NCBI GenBank assembly: GCA_963738835.1
Contig: CAVTYH010000001.1
Span: forward strand, 592,071 to 656,070
DNA length: 64,000 nucleotides
Source of the DNA: Pirellulales bacterium
Lineage (GTDB): Bacteria; Planctomycetota; Planctomycetia; Pirellulales; JADZDJ01
Direction: 5' to 3'
Part shown: in pieces, positions 41,268 to 52,182 of the stretch
How the letters are laid out: each line of letters opens with the position of its first letter
How positions within the stretch are numbered: the stretch's first letter is position 1
The notes under the pieces: model-generated
The model's input: the letters and a program-made list of their open reading frames with translations, nothing else
What the model was told of the DNA's origin: nothing
Database searches by the model: none
Program-made: the position numbers and the translations under genes

Positions 41268-42275
41268 ATGCCCAAACGCTATCTGGTCACCGGCGCCGCC
41301 GGGTTCATTGGCTCAAAAGTAAGCCAGCTGCTGCTGGATGCCGGTCATCGCGTCGTGGGCATCGACAACCTGAATGCCGCCTACGACCCGCGGCTCAAAG
41401 AGTGGCGGCTAAAGCAGCTCACCGTGTCTCCGCAGTTCCATTTTCAGCGTGCCGACTTGACCGATTTGCCCGCGCTTGAAGAGGTCTTCGGCGACTCGAC
41501 GAATACCGGCAACCCCAGCGAACCGCCGTTTGTCGCGGTGCTCAATTTGGTGCCCTGCGCAGGGGTGCAGCCCTCGGTGCTCGATCCGGGGGTTTATCTC
41601 CGCGCGAATGCAGAGGGAACGCTAAATCTTCTGGAACTTTGTCGACGCAGCGGCGTCGGCAAATTTGTGCTAGCTTCTACCTCCAGCCTGTATGGCGCCC
41701 ACAACCAGGTTCCCTTTTCGGAAGATGCCGATACGAGCCGGCCGCTGTCGCCGTATGCGGCCTCTAAAAAGGCGGCCGAAGCGCTGGCGTTCACTTACCA
41801 TCATTTGCACCAAATCGACGTCAGCATCGTCCGCTACTTCACCGTTTATGGGCCGGCCGGTCGGCCCGATATGAGCGTGTTTCGCTTCATCCGTCGCATT
41901 GCCGAAGGCGAGCCCATCACCGTCTTCAGCGACGGCACGCAGCAGCGAGATTTCACCTATGTCGACGATATCGCCCGCGGCACGATCGCAGCCATCCAAC
42001 CCTTTGGCTACGAAATCATCAACCTCGGCGGAGATCGATTGACGACGCTAAACGATCTGATCTCACAGATCGCTCGGCTGGTGGGCCGCGAACCCGTCAT
42101 TCGCCACCGGCCGGTTCATCCGGCCGATGTGCCCGCCACCTGGGCCAACGTGGAAAAAGCCAAGCGGCTCTTGGGCTGGACGCCGCAAATCTCGCTGGAA
42201 GAAGGCCTGCGCCGCACGGTCGAATGGTACCAAGAACACCGCGACCTGGCGATGAAACTGGACCTGGGCGAGTGA
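41268..42275 (+). CDS. NAD-dependent nucleotide-sugar epimerase, UDP-glucuronate 4-epimerase-like
   Basis: VTGAAGFIGSKV, YAASKKAAE (YxxxK), RYFTVYGPAGRPDMSVFRFI. Intact. Confidence 0.8.
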   Translation: MPKRYLVTGAAGFIGSKVSQLLLDAGHRVVGIDNLNAAYDPRLKEWRLKQLTVSPQFHFQRADLTDLPALEEVFGDSTNTGNPSEPPFVAVLNLVPCAGVQPSVLDPGVYLRANAEGTLNLLELCRRSGVGKFVLASTSSLYGAHNQVPFSEDADTSRPLSPYAASKKAAEALAFTYHHLHQIDVSIVRYFTVYGPAGRPDMSVFRFIRRIAEGEPITVFSDGTQQRDFTYVDDIARGTIAAIQPFGYEIINLGGDRLTTLNDLISQIARLVGREPVIRHRPVHPADVPATWANVEKAKRLLGWTPQISLEEGLRRTVEWYQEHRDLAMKLDLGE

Positions 42276-42324
42276 GAATTCTCCGAAGTGAATTCTACAG
42301 ATTCTCCCAGGTGAATGAATCCGT

Positions 42325-44204
42325 TCACCGACCTGAAGAGCCATTCTCGATCGTCAGCGGCGCCCAGGGGCTGGTGACGTGCTTGCTGACTTCGTTAATA
42401 TCCTTGCTCCCCCAGCCGATGGCTTGAATGGTCACCGGGCCTTCGCCCAGCAGTTTGGAATCGACGCTCGCTTCGCCGCTCTCGCCGGCAAACTTCGCTA
42501 CCAGTTGTCGGTTGCGATAAAACGCTACGCCGATGGCGCCGGGTGCGCTGGCCGTGAGTTTGATCGGCTCGCCGGCGGGCACCACGTGTTTGGGGGTCAC
42601 TTCGAATTGAATCGTCTTACCGAAATTATTGAATTGCACCGGTAAGATTTCACGCCCTTGCGATTCAATGGCGCTGTTCTCGATGCCCACCACGCGCAGT
42701 TCATGGGCCCCGTCGCAGTAGGCCGCGGTGTCCAAATCGAGCGTGTCTCCCTGAGAACAAGCGGCCGCGCGCTTGCCATCGACAAACAGCTCGAACCGGT
42801 CGGCCGTCCCCCCGTGCGGCAGCGTTGCCGAGGGTCGCAGCGAAATCTTGCCCTTCAGCACGTCGCCGGCTTTCGCGCCGTCCACCTTCACGTCCGGAAT
42901 GTTGGCCCACGGCCGGCACAGCGGATCGCCGACCACAATCAATTGATACGGCGCATACACCGCCTGGTAAAACGCCTCGGCCAGCGTACAACCGCGGGCA
43001 TAATGCACTTGAATCATGGCGTGCGGGAATTTGTTTTGAATGGAAAATGGCTCGATCACCGTGCCCGATGTGCCCGCCGCGCCGTTGCGCAAGAAGACCG
43101 AAAGGGGCGTCTGACTGGCGGTCGGATCGAAAATGCCGCCGTAGCTGGTCAAGTTTTCGCAAATGGCGCCGGGCCGAATGGTGCTGCCCGATTTCTCCCA
43201 ATTAAAGTCGGCCACGCCGCACAAGAGGCCCTGCACATCGGGACGTTTCACGGGAATATCGCCCGGCATAATCGTCGCCTTCACGCCCAGCTTTTTGAGC
43301 TGCTCGACGGCCATCGGAAATCCCGGCCGCCGCGTCCAGGAGCGCACCGCGGTCGCATCACTGCCGCTGTCCATGAAGTAAATCGTGCCCTGGGGCAGCG
43401 TGCCATCAGCCGGCGCGCTGCGCTTGAGGTAGCCCACAATCTCGGCCACCGAGTTGCCGCGTCCAAACGTGACCCCCAGCGTGGTCGAGAGCATGTAGCG
43501 CACGCCCCCCGATTCAATCACTTCGCTTTTCGGTCCCCAGCCGTACCAACTGCGAAAGCCGTGCGAGCCAATCGACGACGGGTTATCGACCGCGGTCGTG
43601 CGCTTGAACCCATCTTTGATTTGCACGTCGTTGGGAATAATTCCTTCCAGGGCTCCCGACTGGCCGACATCCATCTCGCGCACTGCGCCGTCCAAATTTT
43701 CCCGCAGCCGCATGTAACGGTTCGAGGTTCGCCCCGCGTACGTCGTCGCATCTCTGTTCAGCACCGGATTGAACAGATAAGTGAGGCCCGTCAGCGACGC
43801 CTCGGGATTGGTGAAAATCTGATCATTCGCCCGGTTCGGTGGCACATCGGCCGAGAAATTTATGGCCCAGGGAAAGCCGGAAGAATACACGATGTAATCG
43901 ATCTGTTGCGCCAGCCCTGCGCTTCCAACTCGTGCAAAATGGGTATCAGAATTTTATCGCGAAACGTGTTGATGTCGGTCCGCGCCTCGCTGCCGCGCCA
44001 ATCCAGGTACATCACGTTGGTGGGGGGCAGGCCGCGAATTTGCTGAAAGTAATTCGCCACGGTCTGCGAGGCGGCGCTGGCCGGATTCACCACCAGGAAC
44101 ACATTTTCCGGACCGCCGCCGGCATGGGCCGGGCGAATGCCGAGAACGACCCAACAGAGAACAATCGTGGCCGCGATTCGGCCGGGAAGAAAGTGTTTAT
44201 GCAT
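42325..44204 (-). CDS. large secreted hypothetical protein; 1 frame change in this assembly
   Basis: Signal peptide plus ENVFLVVNPASAASQTVANYFQQIRGLPPTNVMYLDW (ORF 43860..44204), then the 521-aa ORF 42325..43890. No catalytic motif recognised. Confidence 0.6.
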
Positions 44205-44569
44205 GAACGGATATAAAGTGTGAAGGGTCGATCAATAAAGGCGCGCTACCATTTCTCATTCCTAGCCGCAACCGTCAGGCTGGGCCGCGACCGTCAGCGA
44301 GCGGTGTTCCGCCCGTTTTAATCTGCAATTCAACGGGCGACTGCCCGCATCTACCAGTTTGCAATTCTACCCGCCACGCACTGCGCTTGTTTGCCATTTC
44401 GCGGCGGTCGAGCTTCCGCCGTGTGGCCGGGGTCGAGGCTGCCGAGCCCCCGGGGGTTTTGCGTACAGCTGGGGGCTCCCTTCGGTCGACCCCAGCCACC
44501 CAACGCCCGACCGGTCAGCTTCCCGTTTGCCGGCCTCTGGACGCTACCACCCCCTCTGTCGGAAACTAT

Positions 44570-44598
44570 TTGACAGATGCCTAACGTAACTATACACT
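44570..44598 (+). promoter_or_regulatory. putative sigma70-type promoter of the DUF1559 gene
   Basis: TTGACA (44570-44575) - 17 nt - TACACT (44593-44598), about 140 nt upstream of ATG 44738. Confidence 0.35.
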
Positions 44599-44737
44599 GC
44601 AACTTGCGCGTAGGGCGCGAGCGTCACGGGGCAGACGCGGTTGGGGGGGGAGTTTTGCTTTTGGGAACGGTTACATCCCGCTCGGGATGATCGTGGTTGT
44701 CTCATTTTTTTCATTCTGTTCTTGCAGGAGGTGGAGT

Positions 44738-46014
44738 ATGTCTAGTTCTGGTGTGCACAAGCGAAAAAGCGCGGCTTTTACGCTTGTCGAATTGTTGGTG
44801 GTCATCGCCATCATCGGCGTGTTGATCGCCCTGCTGCTGCCGGCCGTGCAGGCGGCTCGTGAAGCAGCCAACCGCAACTCGTGTCAAAACAACATGAAGC
44901 AAATCGGCCTGGCGCTGTTGAACTTCGAAGACAAGCGCCACTGCTTGCCGCCGATCACCACCACCGGGCAGGGTGCCGACGTTACTGGCGACTCGCCGGG
45001 CAGCACCGCAGGTGGAAACGCCACCCAGGGCCCCGGTACCGTCAACAGCGCTCAGGCGGGTTATGGCTGGATGGTGCAAATTCTGCCCGACATCGAAGAA
45101 TCGACGCTGTATCAATCGATCGTCACCAATTCGGCGAAGTTCACGATTCCGGCCTTTGATGTGAAGGTGGTGGCCTCGGGCATTGGCTCCACCACCCCCG
45201 CGCCGAATAACCCCCATGCCGCGACCGTCACCATCAGTGGCTTTGTGTGCCCCAGCTTTGCGGGGGACAAAACCATCGGCATCGATCCGGCAGCTACGGC
45301 TTTGGGTGTTCCCGCCACGTATAGCACGGGCGCTTTCGCCGCTCCCAGTCCGCCGCCAGGCATCACCAACTACATGGCGATTGCCGGCACGCACTTCTTT
45401 GCCCAGGCCACGCCGACGGCAACCCAGCCGGCGACCAATAAGATGACCGACCCCACCACGAACAATGGTGGCATGCAGTACAAAGGCGCCGCGTTCGATA
45501 ACGGACGTAAATTGGCGGCTCTGACCGATGGTACCTCGAAGGTGCCTTTGGTGGCGGAAAGCAAAGAGCGTGTGCAGGGCACTTGGTACGACGGCACCAC
45601 CAGTTGGGTTGTGGGCGTCGCCATGTGCAAGATAACGGCTCGGCCGTTAGTCCGCCGGCCCAAGTGACCTCGACGGCGAATCAGTTCACCGTGGGGGGTA
45701 TTCCCCTGCCGGCCGGTCGCTTGTACATCGGCACCAACGCCACTTCGACCGGTGGCGCGGGCCACGCTTTGAACTCAGGGCCCAGCACGGCGAACCCGAA
45801 TTCCCGCTATTTGCTGGCGTCGCAGATCACTAACCCCTTGATGACACCGCAAGTGTCACGGGCCTGGGGTCCCAGTAGCGATCACTCCGGCGGCATCGTG
45901 AACCACTTGTTTGGCGACGGCCACGTGGACGGTATTCCCGATGGCATCGAGCCGAACTTGTACCTGTGGATCGTCAGCCGTGCCGGCGGCGAAGCCACAG
46001 GCGGCACGAACTAA
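44738..46014 (+). CDS. DUF1559 / H-X9-DG-type protein with prepilin-like N-terminus; 1 frame change in this assembly
   Basis: aggaggtggagt precedes ATG 44738. [50 protein letters not shown]-terminal [17 protein letters not shown] in ORF 45583..46014. Confidence 0.85.
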
Positions 46015-46036
46015 CCTGAGCAACAGTTCTTGATAG

Positions 46037-46075
46037 CCCGGCGAGACGCACCAGCGTCTCGCCGGGCTTTTTTTG
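46037..46075 (+). terminator. rho-independent terminator
   Basis: Perfect 13-bp stem cccggcgagacgc / gcgtctcgccggg with loop acca, followed by cttttttt. Lies 23 nt after the stop at 46014. Confidence 0.8.
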
Positions 46076-46121
46076 TTGACGGCGCTGAGACCAAGGCCCG
46101 AATTCGTGAGAATCGCCTGCT

Positions 46122-46351
46122 GATCTTTCCAGTGGTGGCTCACCAGTGCTGGCTCAAAAAGTGGGACGGGTGGCCCGGACAAGTGTCCGCTCCGGCGGAG
46201 CCGCAAGAGGCTCTTGGTCAGGATTTGGAGCCCTCAGATAGGTAACGATCTGTGAACGCTTCTTGTCGCGAGCCGCGACCCCGAGACGCCTGCGGCTTGA
46301 TCGGGGCCACCCAGCCCCGACGATCTTTCCCGCCGTGGCTCAAAAAGTGGG
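46122..46351 (+). repeat. pair of ~30-44 bp direct repeats bracketing ~155 bp
   Basis: gatctttcc-agtg-gtggctca[ccagtgctggctca]aaaagtggg (46122-46165) versus gatctttcc-cgcc-gtggctcaaaaagtggg (46322-46351). Confidence 0.7.
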
Positions 46352-46352
46352 C

Positions 46353-46381
46353 TTGTATTTTATACATTGGTTCACTATAAT
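46353..46381 (+). promoter_or_regulatory. putative sigma70-type promoter upstream of fcl
   Basis: TTGTAT (46353-46358) - 17 nt - TATAAT (46376-46381) in a locally AT-rich patch, ~390 nt upstream of ATG 46770. Confidence 0.3.
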
Positions 46382-46397
46382 AAACGCTGGAACTTAA

Positions 46398-47731
<1,334 letters not shown>

Positions 47732-47738
47732 TACATGA

Positions 47739-47840
47739 CCCGACCGTATTCGGTCGGGAAGCAAAGGGCTTGAATTGTGTAAATGACAGAAGTTGCGAGC
47801 CAATTGAATATAAATCCACTTCCGACCGAATACGGTCGGG
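47739..47840. repeat. ~100-bp element with 22-bp terminal inverted repeats, each arm itself a hairpin
   Basis: Left arm cccgaccgtattcggtcgggaag (47739-47761). Right arm cttccgaccgaatacggtcggg (47819-47840), the reverse complement of the left with a 1-nt indel. Each arm is CCGACCG-N4-CGGTCGG. The arms flank an AT-rich 57-bp core. Sits between the fcl stop (47731) and the gmd start (47855). Confidence 0.8.
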
Positions 47841-47854
47841 CTAGGTGAGGCCCC

Positions 47855-48874
47855 ATGCCCCGTCGCGCATTCATCACCGGCATTACCGGCCAAGACGGCT
47901 CTTATCTGGCGGAGTTTCTGCTGGAAAAGGGCTACGAAGTGCACGGGCTGGTGCGCCGCGCCAGTTCGTTCAACACGGGCCGCATTGATCATTTGTATCA
48001 AGATCCGCACGAAGCCAGTCCCCGGTTGCGGCTGCATTTTGGCGACTTGACCGATAGCGGCAGTATCGCGAATTTGATTCTCGACCTTGAGCCCGATGAG
48101 GTTTACAACCTGGGCGCGCAAAGCCACGTGCGGGTTTCTTTCGATCAGCCACTGTACACCGCCGACGTGGTGGCCACCGGCACGCTGCGGGTGTTGGAAG
48201 CGGTGCGGCAGTTAGCACGACGGAAAGACGTGCGGTTCTATCAGGCGGCCTCCAGCGAAATGTACGGCCAGGTGGCGGAAACGCCGCAACGGGAAACGAC
48301 GCCGCTTAGGCCGCGCAGCCCGTATGCCTGCGCCAAGGTGTTCGGTTTCCATCAGACGGTGAACTATCGGGAGGCCTACGGCCTGCACGCCAGCAACGGC
48401 ATTTTGTTCAATCATGAATCGCCGCGGCGGGGCGAAACGTTTGTGACCCGCAAAATTACCCGGGCCGCCGGGCGAATTCGCGAAGGCCTGCAACAGAAAA
48501 TCTATCTGGGCAATATCGAAGCCCGGCGCGATTGGGGTTTTGCCCGCGATTTTGTCGAGGCCATGTGGCTGATGTTGCAGCAACCGCAGGGGGACGATTA
48601 CGTGGTGGCCACCGGCGCAGCGCACTCTGTGCGCGAATTTCTGGCGCTGGCCTTTAAGGAGCTGGGACTCGATTGGCAGCGGCACTATGCCGTGGACGAG
48701 CGGTATTTTCGGCCCTGCGAAGTCGATTTGCTGCTGGGCGAAGCCTCGAAAGCGAGTGAAAAACTCGGTTGGCGACCGCGAACTACGTTCCCGGAACTGG
48801 TGCGGATGATGGCGCAGCACGACTGGCAATTGGCCAGGCAAGAAAGAATGTTGGCATCCCGGCAGGCAGCATGA
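47855..48874 (+). CDS. gmd: GDP-mannose 4,6-dehydratase
   Basis: [58 protein letters not shown]. Intact 339 aa. Confidence 0.95.
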   Translation: MPRRAFITGITGQDGSYLAEFLLEKGYEVHGLVRRASSFNTGRIDHLYQDPHEASPRLRLHFGDLTDSGSIANLILDLEPDEVYNLGAQSHVRVSFDQPLYTADVVATGTLRVLEAVRQLARRKDVRFYQAASSEMYGQVAETPQRETTPLRPRSPYACAKVFGFHQTVNYREAYGLHASNGILFNHESPRRGETFVTRKITRAAGRIREGLQQKIYLGNIEARRDWGFARDFVEAMWLMLQQPQGDDYVVATGAAHSVREFLALAFKELGLDWQRHYAVDERYFRPCEVDLLLGEASKASEKLGWRPRTTFPELVRMMAQHDWQLARQERMLASRQAA

Positions 48875-48906
48875 GACTGCGCGTCATGGATGATCGACGC
48901 AGCAAG

Positions 48907-49882
48907 TCAGTAGTTGGGCGTCGGAGCGCGGTAGGCGGCCAAATCGATCGAGCGGAACCACGCGATCGTTTTCTGCAAGCCGTCGCGAAGTTTGATGGTC
49001 GGTTCCCAGTTCAAGTTTTTACGCGCCAGGGTGATATCGGGGCGGCGCTTCGCCGGATCATCAGGCAGCGGTGGTTTGTAAGCCAGCTTCGATTTGGAGC
49101 CGGTCAGTTCGATCACCAATTTGGCCAGTTCCAGAATGGTGAACTCGCCGGGATTGCCCAGATTGATTGGTCCGATGCAATCGTCGGGAGCGTTCATCAG
49201 TCGCACCAATCCTTCGATGAGGTCGTCGCGGTAGCAAAACGAGCGCGTCTGGCTGCCATCGCCGTAAATGCTGATGTCTTCTCCGCGGAGCGCCTCGCGA
49301 ATGAAGTTCGACACCACGCGGCCATCGAACGGGTGCATCCGCGGCCCATAGGTGTTGAAGATGCGGGCGATGCGTATGTTCACACGGTTCATGCGGTGGT
49401 AATCCATGAACAGCGTCTCGGCGGCCCGTTTGCCTTCGTCGTAGCAGGCGCGGGGCCCCAGGGTGTTGACGGCGCCGCGGTAGGTTTCGGGCTGCGGATG
49501 AACTTCCGGATCGCCATACACCTCGCTGGTGGAGGCTTGCAAGATTTTCGCCCGGCAGCGTTTGGCCATGCCCAGCAGATTGATACGCGCCGATGACGGA
49601 AGTTTTGATGGTCTTGATGGGATTGTACTGGTAGTGTCCGGGCGCGGCGGGGCAGGCGAGGTTGTAGATTTCGTCGACCTCGAGCCAGAGCGGATGAATG
49701 ACGTCGTGCCGCAAGAGCTCGAAATTCGGCCGGCCCAGCAAATGCGAGACATTGGTTTTCTGGCTGGTAAAGAAGTTGTCGACGCAGACCACATCGTGCC
49801 CCTCTTCGACGAGCCGTTCGCACAAATGCGAGCCCAAAAAGCCGGCGCCGCCGGTCACCAAAATGCGTTTATGTCCAGCCAC
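48907..49882 (-). CDS. uxs: UDP-glucuronate decarboxylase (UDP-xylose synthase); 1 frame change in this assembly
   Basis: [35 protein letters not shown] (ORF 49061..49882), then [28 protein letters not shown] (ORF 48907..49794). Confidence 0.9.
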
Positions 49883-50692
49883 GTGCGAGTGATCTCCAGA
49901 GTCAGATGGGAAAACCGGTCACATTCGAGGGGGCAGTGCTATTCAGTCAGCCCAACCTATCATACTTCGCCAGCGGCGATAGCATCGAGAGGGGTCGTGG
50001 CGGAAAACCTTGCCATATCGGCACACGTCGTCTCGATTTTCAGTTTTTTGGGAAACATTTTCGCGGTCGCGGCGAATTTTGTTGACAAGGTGTGCCGAAA
50101 TTCGATACAGGTAAATCGTTCGCTCACGATCGGCACACCATTCTTTTCCAGCCCGGCCGATCGGTGCATTTCGCTGCGAGGTTTCGATCATGGTTTACTC
50201 GTCTTTCGCGCTGTATTTGTTGTCTGGCCCCACGTCGGTTGCCGAAGGGGCGGTTACCGTGCTGGGCACGGTGCTGTTGGCTGCTTATTTGTGCGGGCTG
50301 TGGCTTGTGCCGCGGACGGCCGCAAGCATGATTCGGCGGTCGCCGCTGGGACAATAACCACTGATGGCAAATTGCCCAATGGGCCAGCTCGACGGGTTTG
50401 CAGCCGGCATGTAGCCCGGCGCAACAAAGTACACGTCCCAAGCATCCGGGCGAACGCTTCGCCCGATTTAATCGCCGCGCGAAACCACGACGGTGGTGCT
50501 GTTCGCCGGGGCGGTATCTATGGCGGCACTCGACAAAAACGCGCGTCAAGCCGATCTGCGAATTCCGCGGCAGCACTGCGAATTCTTCAATTTCTAATTG
50601 CCGGTGGCACCGGCCCGGCACTCTACTTCAGAACGCGGGTGTATCATTCCTGCGAACAATTTCAAACGCCACATCTCTTTTCGCAATAATTC

Positions 50693-51679
50693 ATGAACAC
50701 CGACTTTTCGGCAATGATGGACGAGCCCGTATGGAAGCACATGGGCTACGACCTCGTGCAAATCAAGCAAAACGCTACGGTGGGCCAAGCGCTGGAAAGC
50801 ATTCGCGAAAATCCAGCGATTGGCCGAATCATCTATTTTTATGTGGTTGACGACGACGGAAGATTAGTTGGGGTTGTGCCCACCCGGCGTCTGCTTTTGA
50901 ACGCCTTGGAGACTCCTGTCGATCAAATCATGGTGCGGGAAGTCATCACGGTTCCGGAAGCGGCGACCGTGCTCGAGGCTTGCGAATTATTCGCGATGCA
51001 CCGCTTGCTGGCATTTCCGGTGGTCGACCACAAGCGGCGCATTGTCGGCATCGTGGACGTAGAGCTGTACACGAAACAGCGCGGCGAGCTGGAAGCGGCC
51101 GAACGCAATGAGGAGCTGTTTCAGCTCATCGGCGTGCATCTGGCAGAAGCGCAGCAGTCCAACCCGGTCACCGCCTTCCGCAGCCGCTTTCCTTGGCTGC
51201 TGTGCAACATCGCCGGTGGCATTGCGGCTGCGTTTCTGTCGGGTTTATTCAAAGACGAATTACAGCGAGTTGTGGCCTTAGCGATGTTCGTGCCCGTGGT
51301 GCTGGCGTTAGCCGAGAGCGTCAGCATTCAATCGGTGAGCTTGACGCTGCAGATTCTGCACGGACAAAGGCCCACGATTGCAGCGCTGATAGCGAAGCTC
51401 CGCCGGGAGTTTTTCACCGGCATCCTGCTGGGCGTTGCCAGCGCCCTGTTGGTGGCCGTCGTGGCGCTGGTGTGGCTGGGCAACGCGAGAGTTGCGATTT
51501 GCCTGCTCGTCGGAATTAGCACCGGCGTAACGGTAGCGGCACTCATTGGTGTAGCGATGCCCAATTTGCTGCGCATTCTGCGGCGAGATCCGCAAGTGGC
51601 GGCGGGCCCCGTGGCCTTGGCCTCGGCCGACATGCTCACGCTATTGGTTTACTTCATGCTGGCTCGTTGGATTGCATAG
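50693..51679 (+). CDS. mgtE: MgtE-family magnesium transporter (CBS pair + MgtE TM domain)
   Basis: CBS-type VVDDDGRLVGVVPTRRLL and FPVVDHKRRIVGIVD. TM domain RFPWLLCNIAGGIAAAFLSGLF..FVPVVLALAESVSIQS. Confidence 0.85.
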   Translation: MNTDFSAMMDEPVWKHMGYDLVQIKQNATVGQALESIRENPAIGRIIYFYVVDDDGRLVGVVPTRRLLLNALETPVDQIMVREVITVPEAATVLEACELFAMHRLLAFPVVDHKRRIVGIVDVELYTKQRGELEAAERNEELFQLIGVHLAEAQQSNPVTAFRSRFPWLLCNIAGGIAAAFLSGLFKDELQRVVALAMFVPVVLALAESVSIQSVSLTLQILHGQRPTIAALIAKLRREFFTGILLGVASALLVAVVALVWLGNARVAICLLVGISTGVTVAALIGVAMPNLLRILRRDPQVAAGPVALASADMLTLLVYFMLARWIA

Positions 51680-51715
51680 TTTCGACGGCTTCAATAAAGG
51701 TTGAATGAATCATGC

Positions 51716-51765
51716 TTGACGCACGCCTCAACAAACGTTACAACAACGTACGTCAAATCGACGTA
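51716..51765 (+). promoter_or_regulatory. putative promoter plus inverted-repeat operator upstream of the BlaI-family gene
   Basis: TTGACG (51716-51721) - 17 nt - TACAAC (51739-51744), followed by the perfect dyad TACGTC-N5-GACGTA (51749-51765), 25 nt before ATG 51790. Confidence 0.3.
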
Positions 51766-51789
51766 TATTACCTCCAAAGGGCCAGAATA

Positions 51790-52182
51790 ATGTCGAAACA
51801 TCTCCACGGATTGGGAAGTTTGCAGACCGAGGTGATGGAAATCATCTGGCGACAAGAAGAAGCGACGGTCGCACAAATGGTCGAGGCGATCGGCAAAAAA
51901 CGGCCGGTCACCTACACCACCGTTCTGTCGGCGGTGCAAAAGCTCCACCGAAAAGGCTGGCTAAAATTTCGCTCCGCCGGCCGAGCTTATATCTATTCTG
52001 CTACGCGAAATCGAGAAGAAGTCGGCGGTCGCACGCTACGCGACCTGCTGCGGACGGCATTCGGAGGCAACCCGAAGTTATTGCTGGCGAGTTTGCTGGA
52101 AGACACTCGCTTGTCGGACCAAGATTTGACCGAGCTGCGGAAACTTATCGATCAACGTCGAAAGGGGGTTCGTCATGAATAG
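51790..52182 (+). CDS. BlaI/MecI/CopY-family transcriptional repressor
   Basis: Winged-helix LQTEVMEIIWRQEEATVAQMVEAIGKKRPVTYTTVLSAVQKLHRKGWL..YIYSA. The stop overlaps the BlaR1 start. Confidence 0.85.
   Translation: MSKHLHGLGSLQTEVMEIIWRQEEATVAQMVEAIGKKRPVTYTTVLSAVQKLHRKGWLKFRSAGRAYIYSATRNREEVGGRTLRDLLRTAFGGNPKLLLASLLEDTRLSDQDLTELRKLIDQRRKGVRHE

Noticed and set aside
42658-44046. 462-aa plus-strand ORF
   Set aside because: It is antisense to the better-supported secreted-protein gene 42325..44204. Its extreme Arg/Ala/His composition is typical of the antisense frame of GC-rich genes. The same reasoning applies to 18583..19653(-), 6308..6988(-), 36629..37354(-), 37385..38041(-), 48769..49596(+), 55265..55993(+), 38614..39180(-), 44711..45394(-) and 28733..29398(-).
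44275-44602. Six mutually overlapping 60-83-aa ORFs on both strands
   Set aside because: This mutual overlap in a GC-rich intergenic segment upstream of the DUF1559 promoter is the signature of non-coding GC-rich DNA. It includes a GCTGGGG..CCCCAGC hairpin and a G8 run at 44643-44650, and there are no protein motifs.
49529-50689. 386-aa plus-strand ORF spanning the uxs 5' end and the 0.8-kb gap
   Set aside because: The first part is antisense to uxs. The rest is low-complexity and Arg/Ala/Gly-rich, with no motif and no plausible start context.
50400-50692. M-box (ykoK) magnesium riboswitch upstream of mgtE
   Set aside because: I compared the region by eye with the conserved M-box core as I remember it and found no matching helices or conserved loops. 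It cannot be excluded without an Infernal/Rfam scan.
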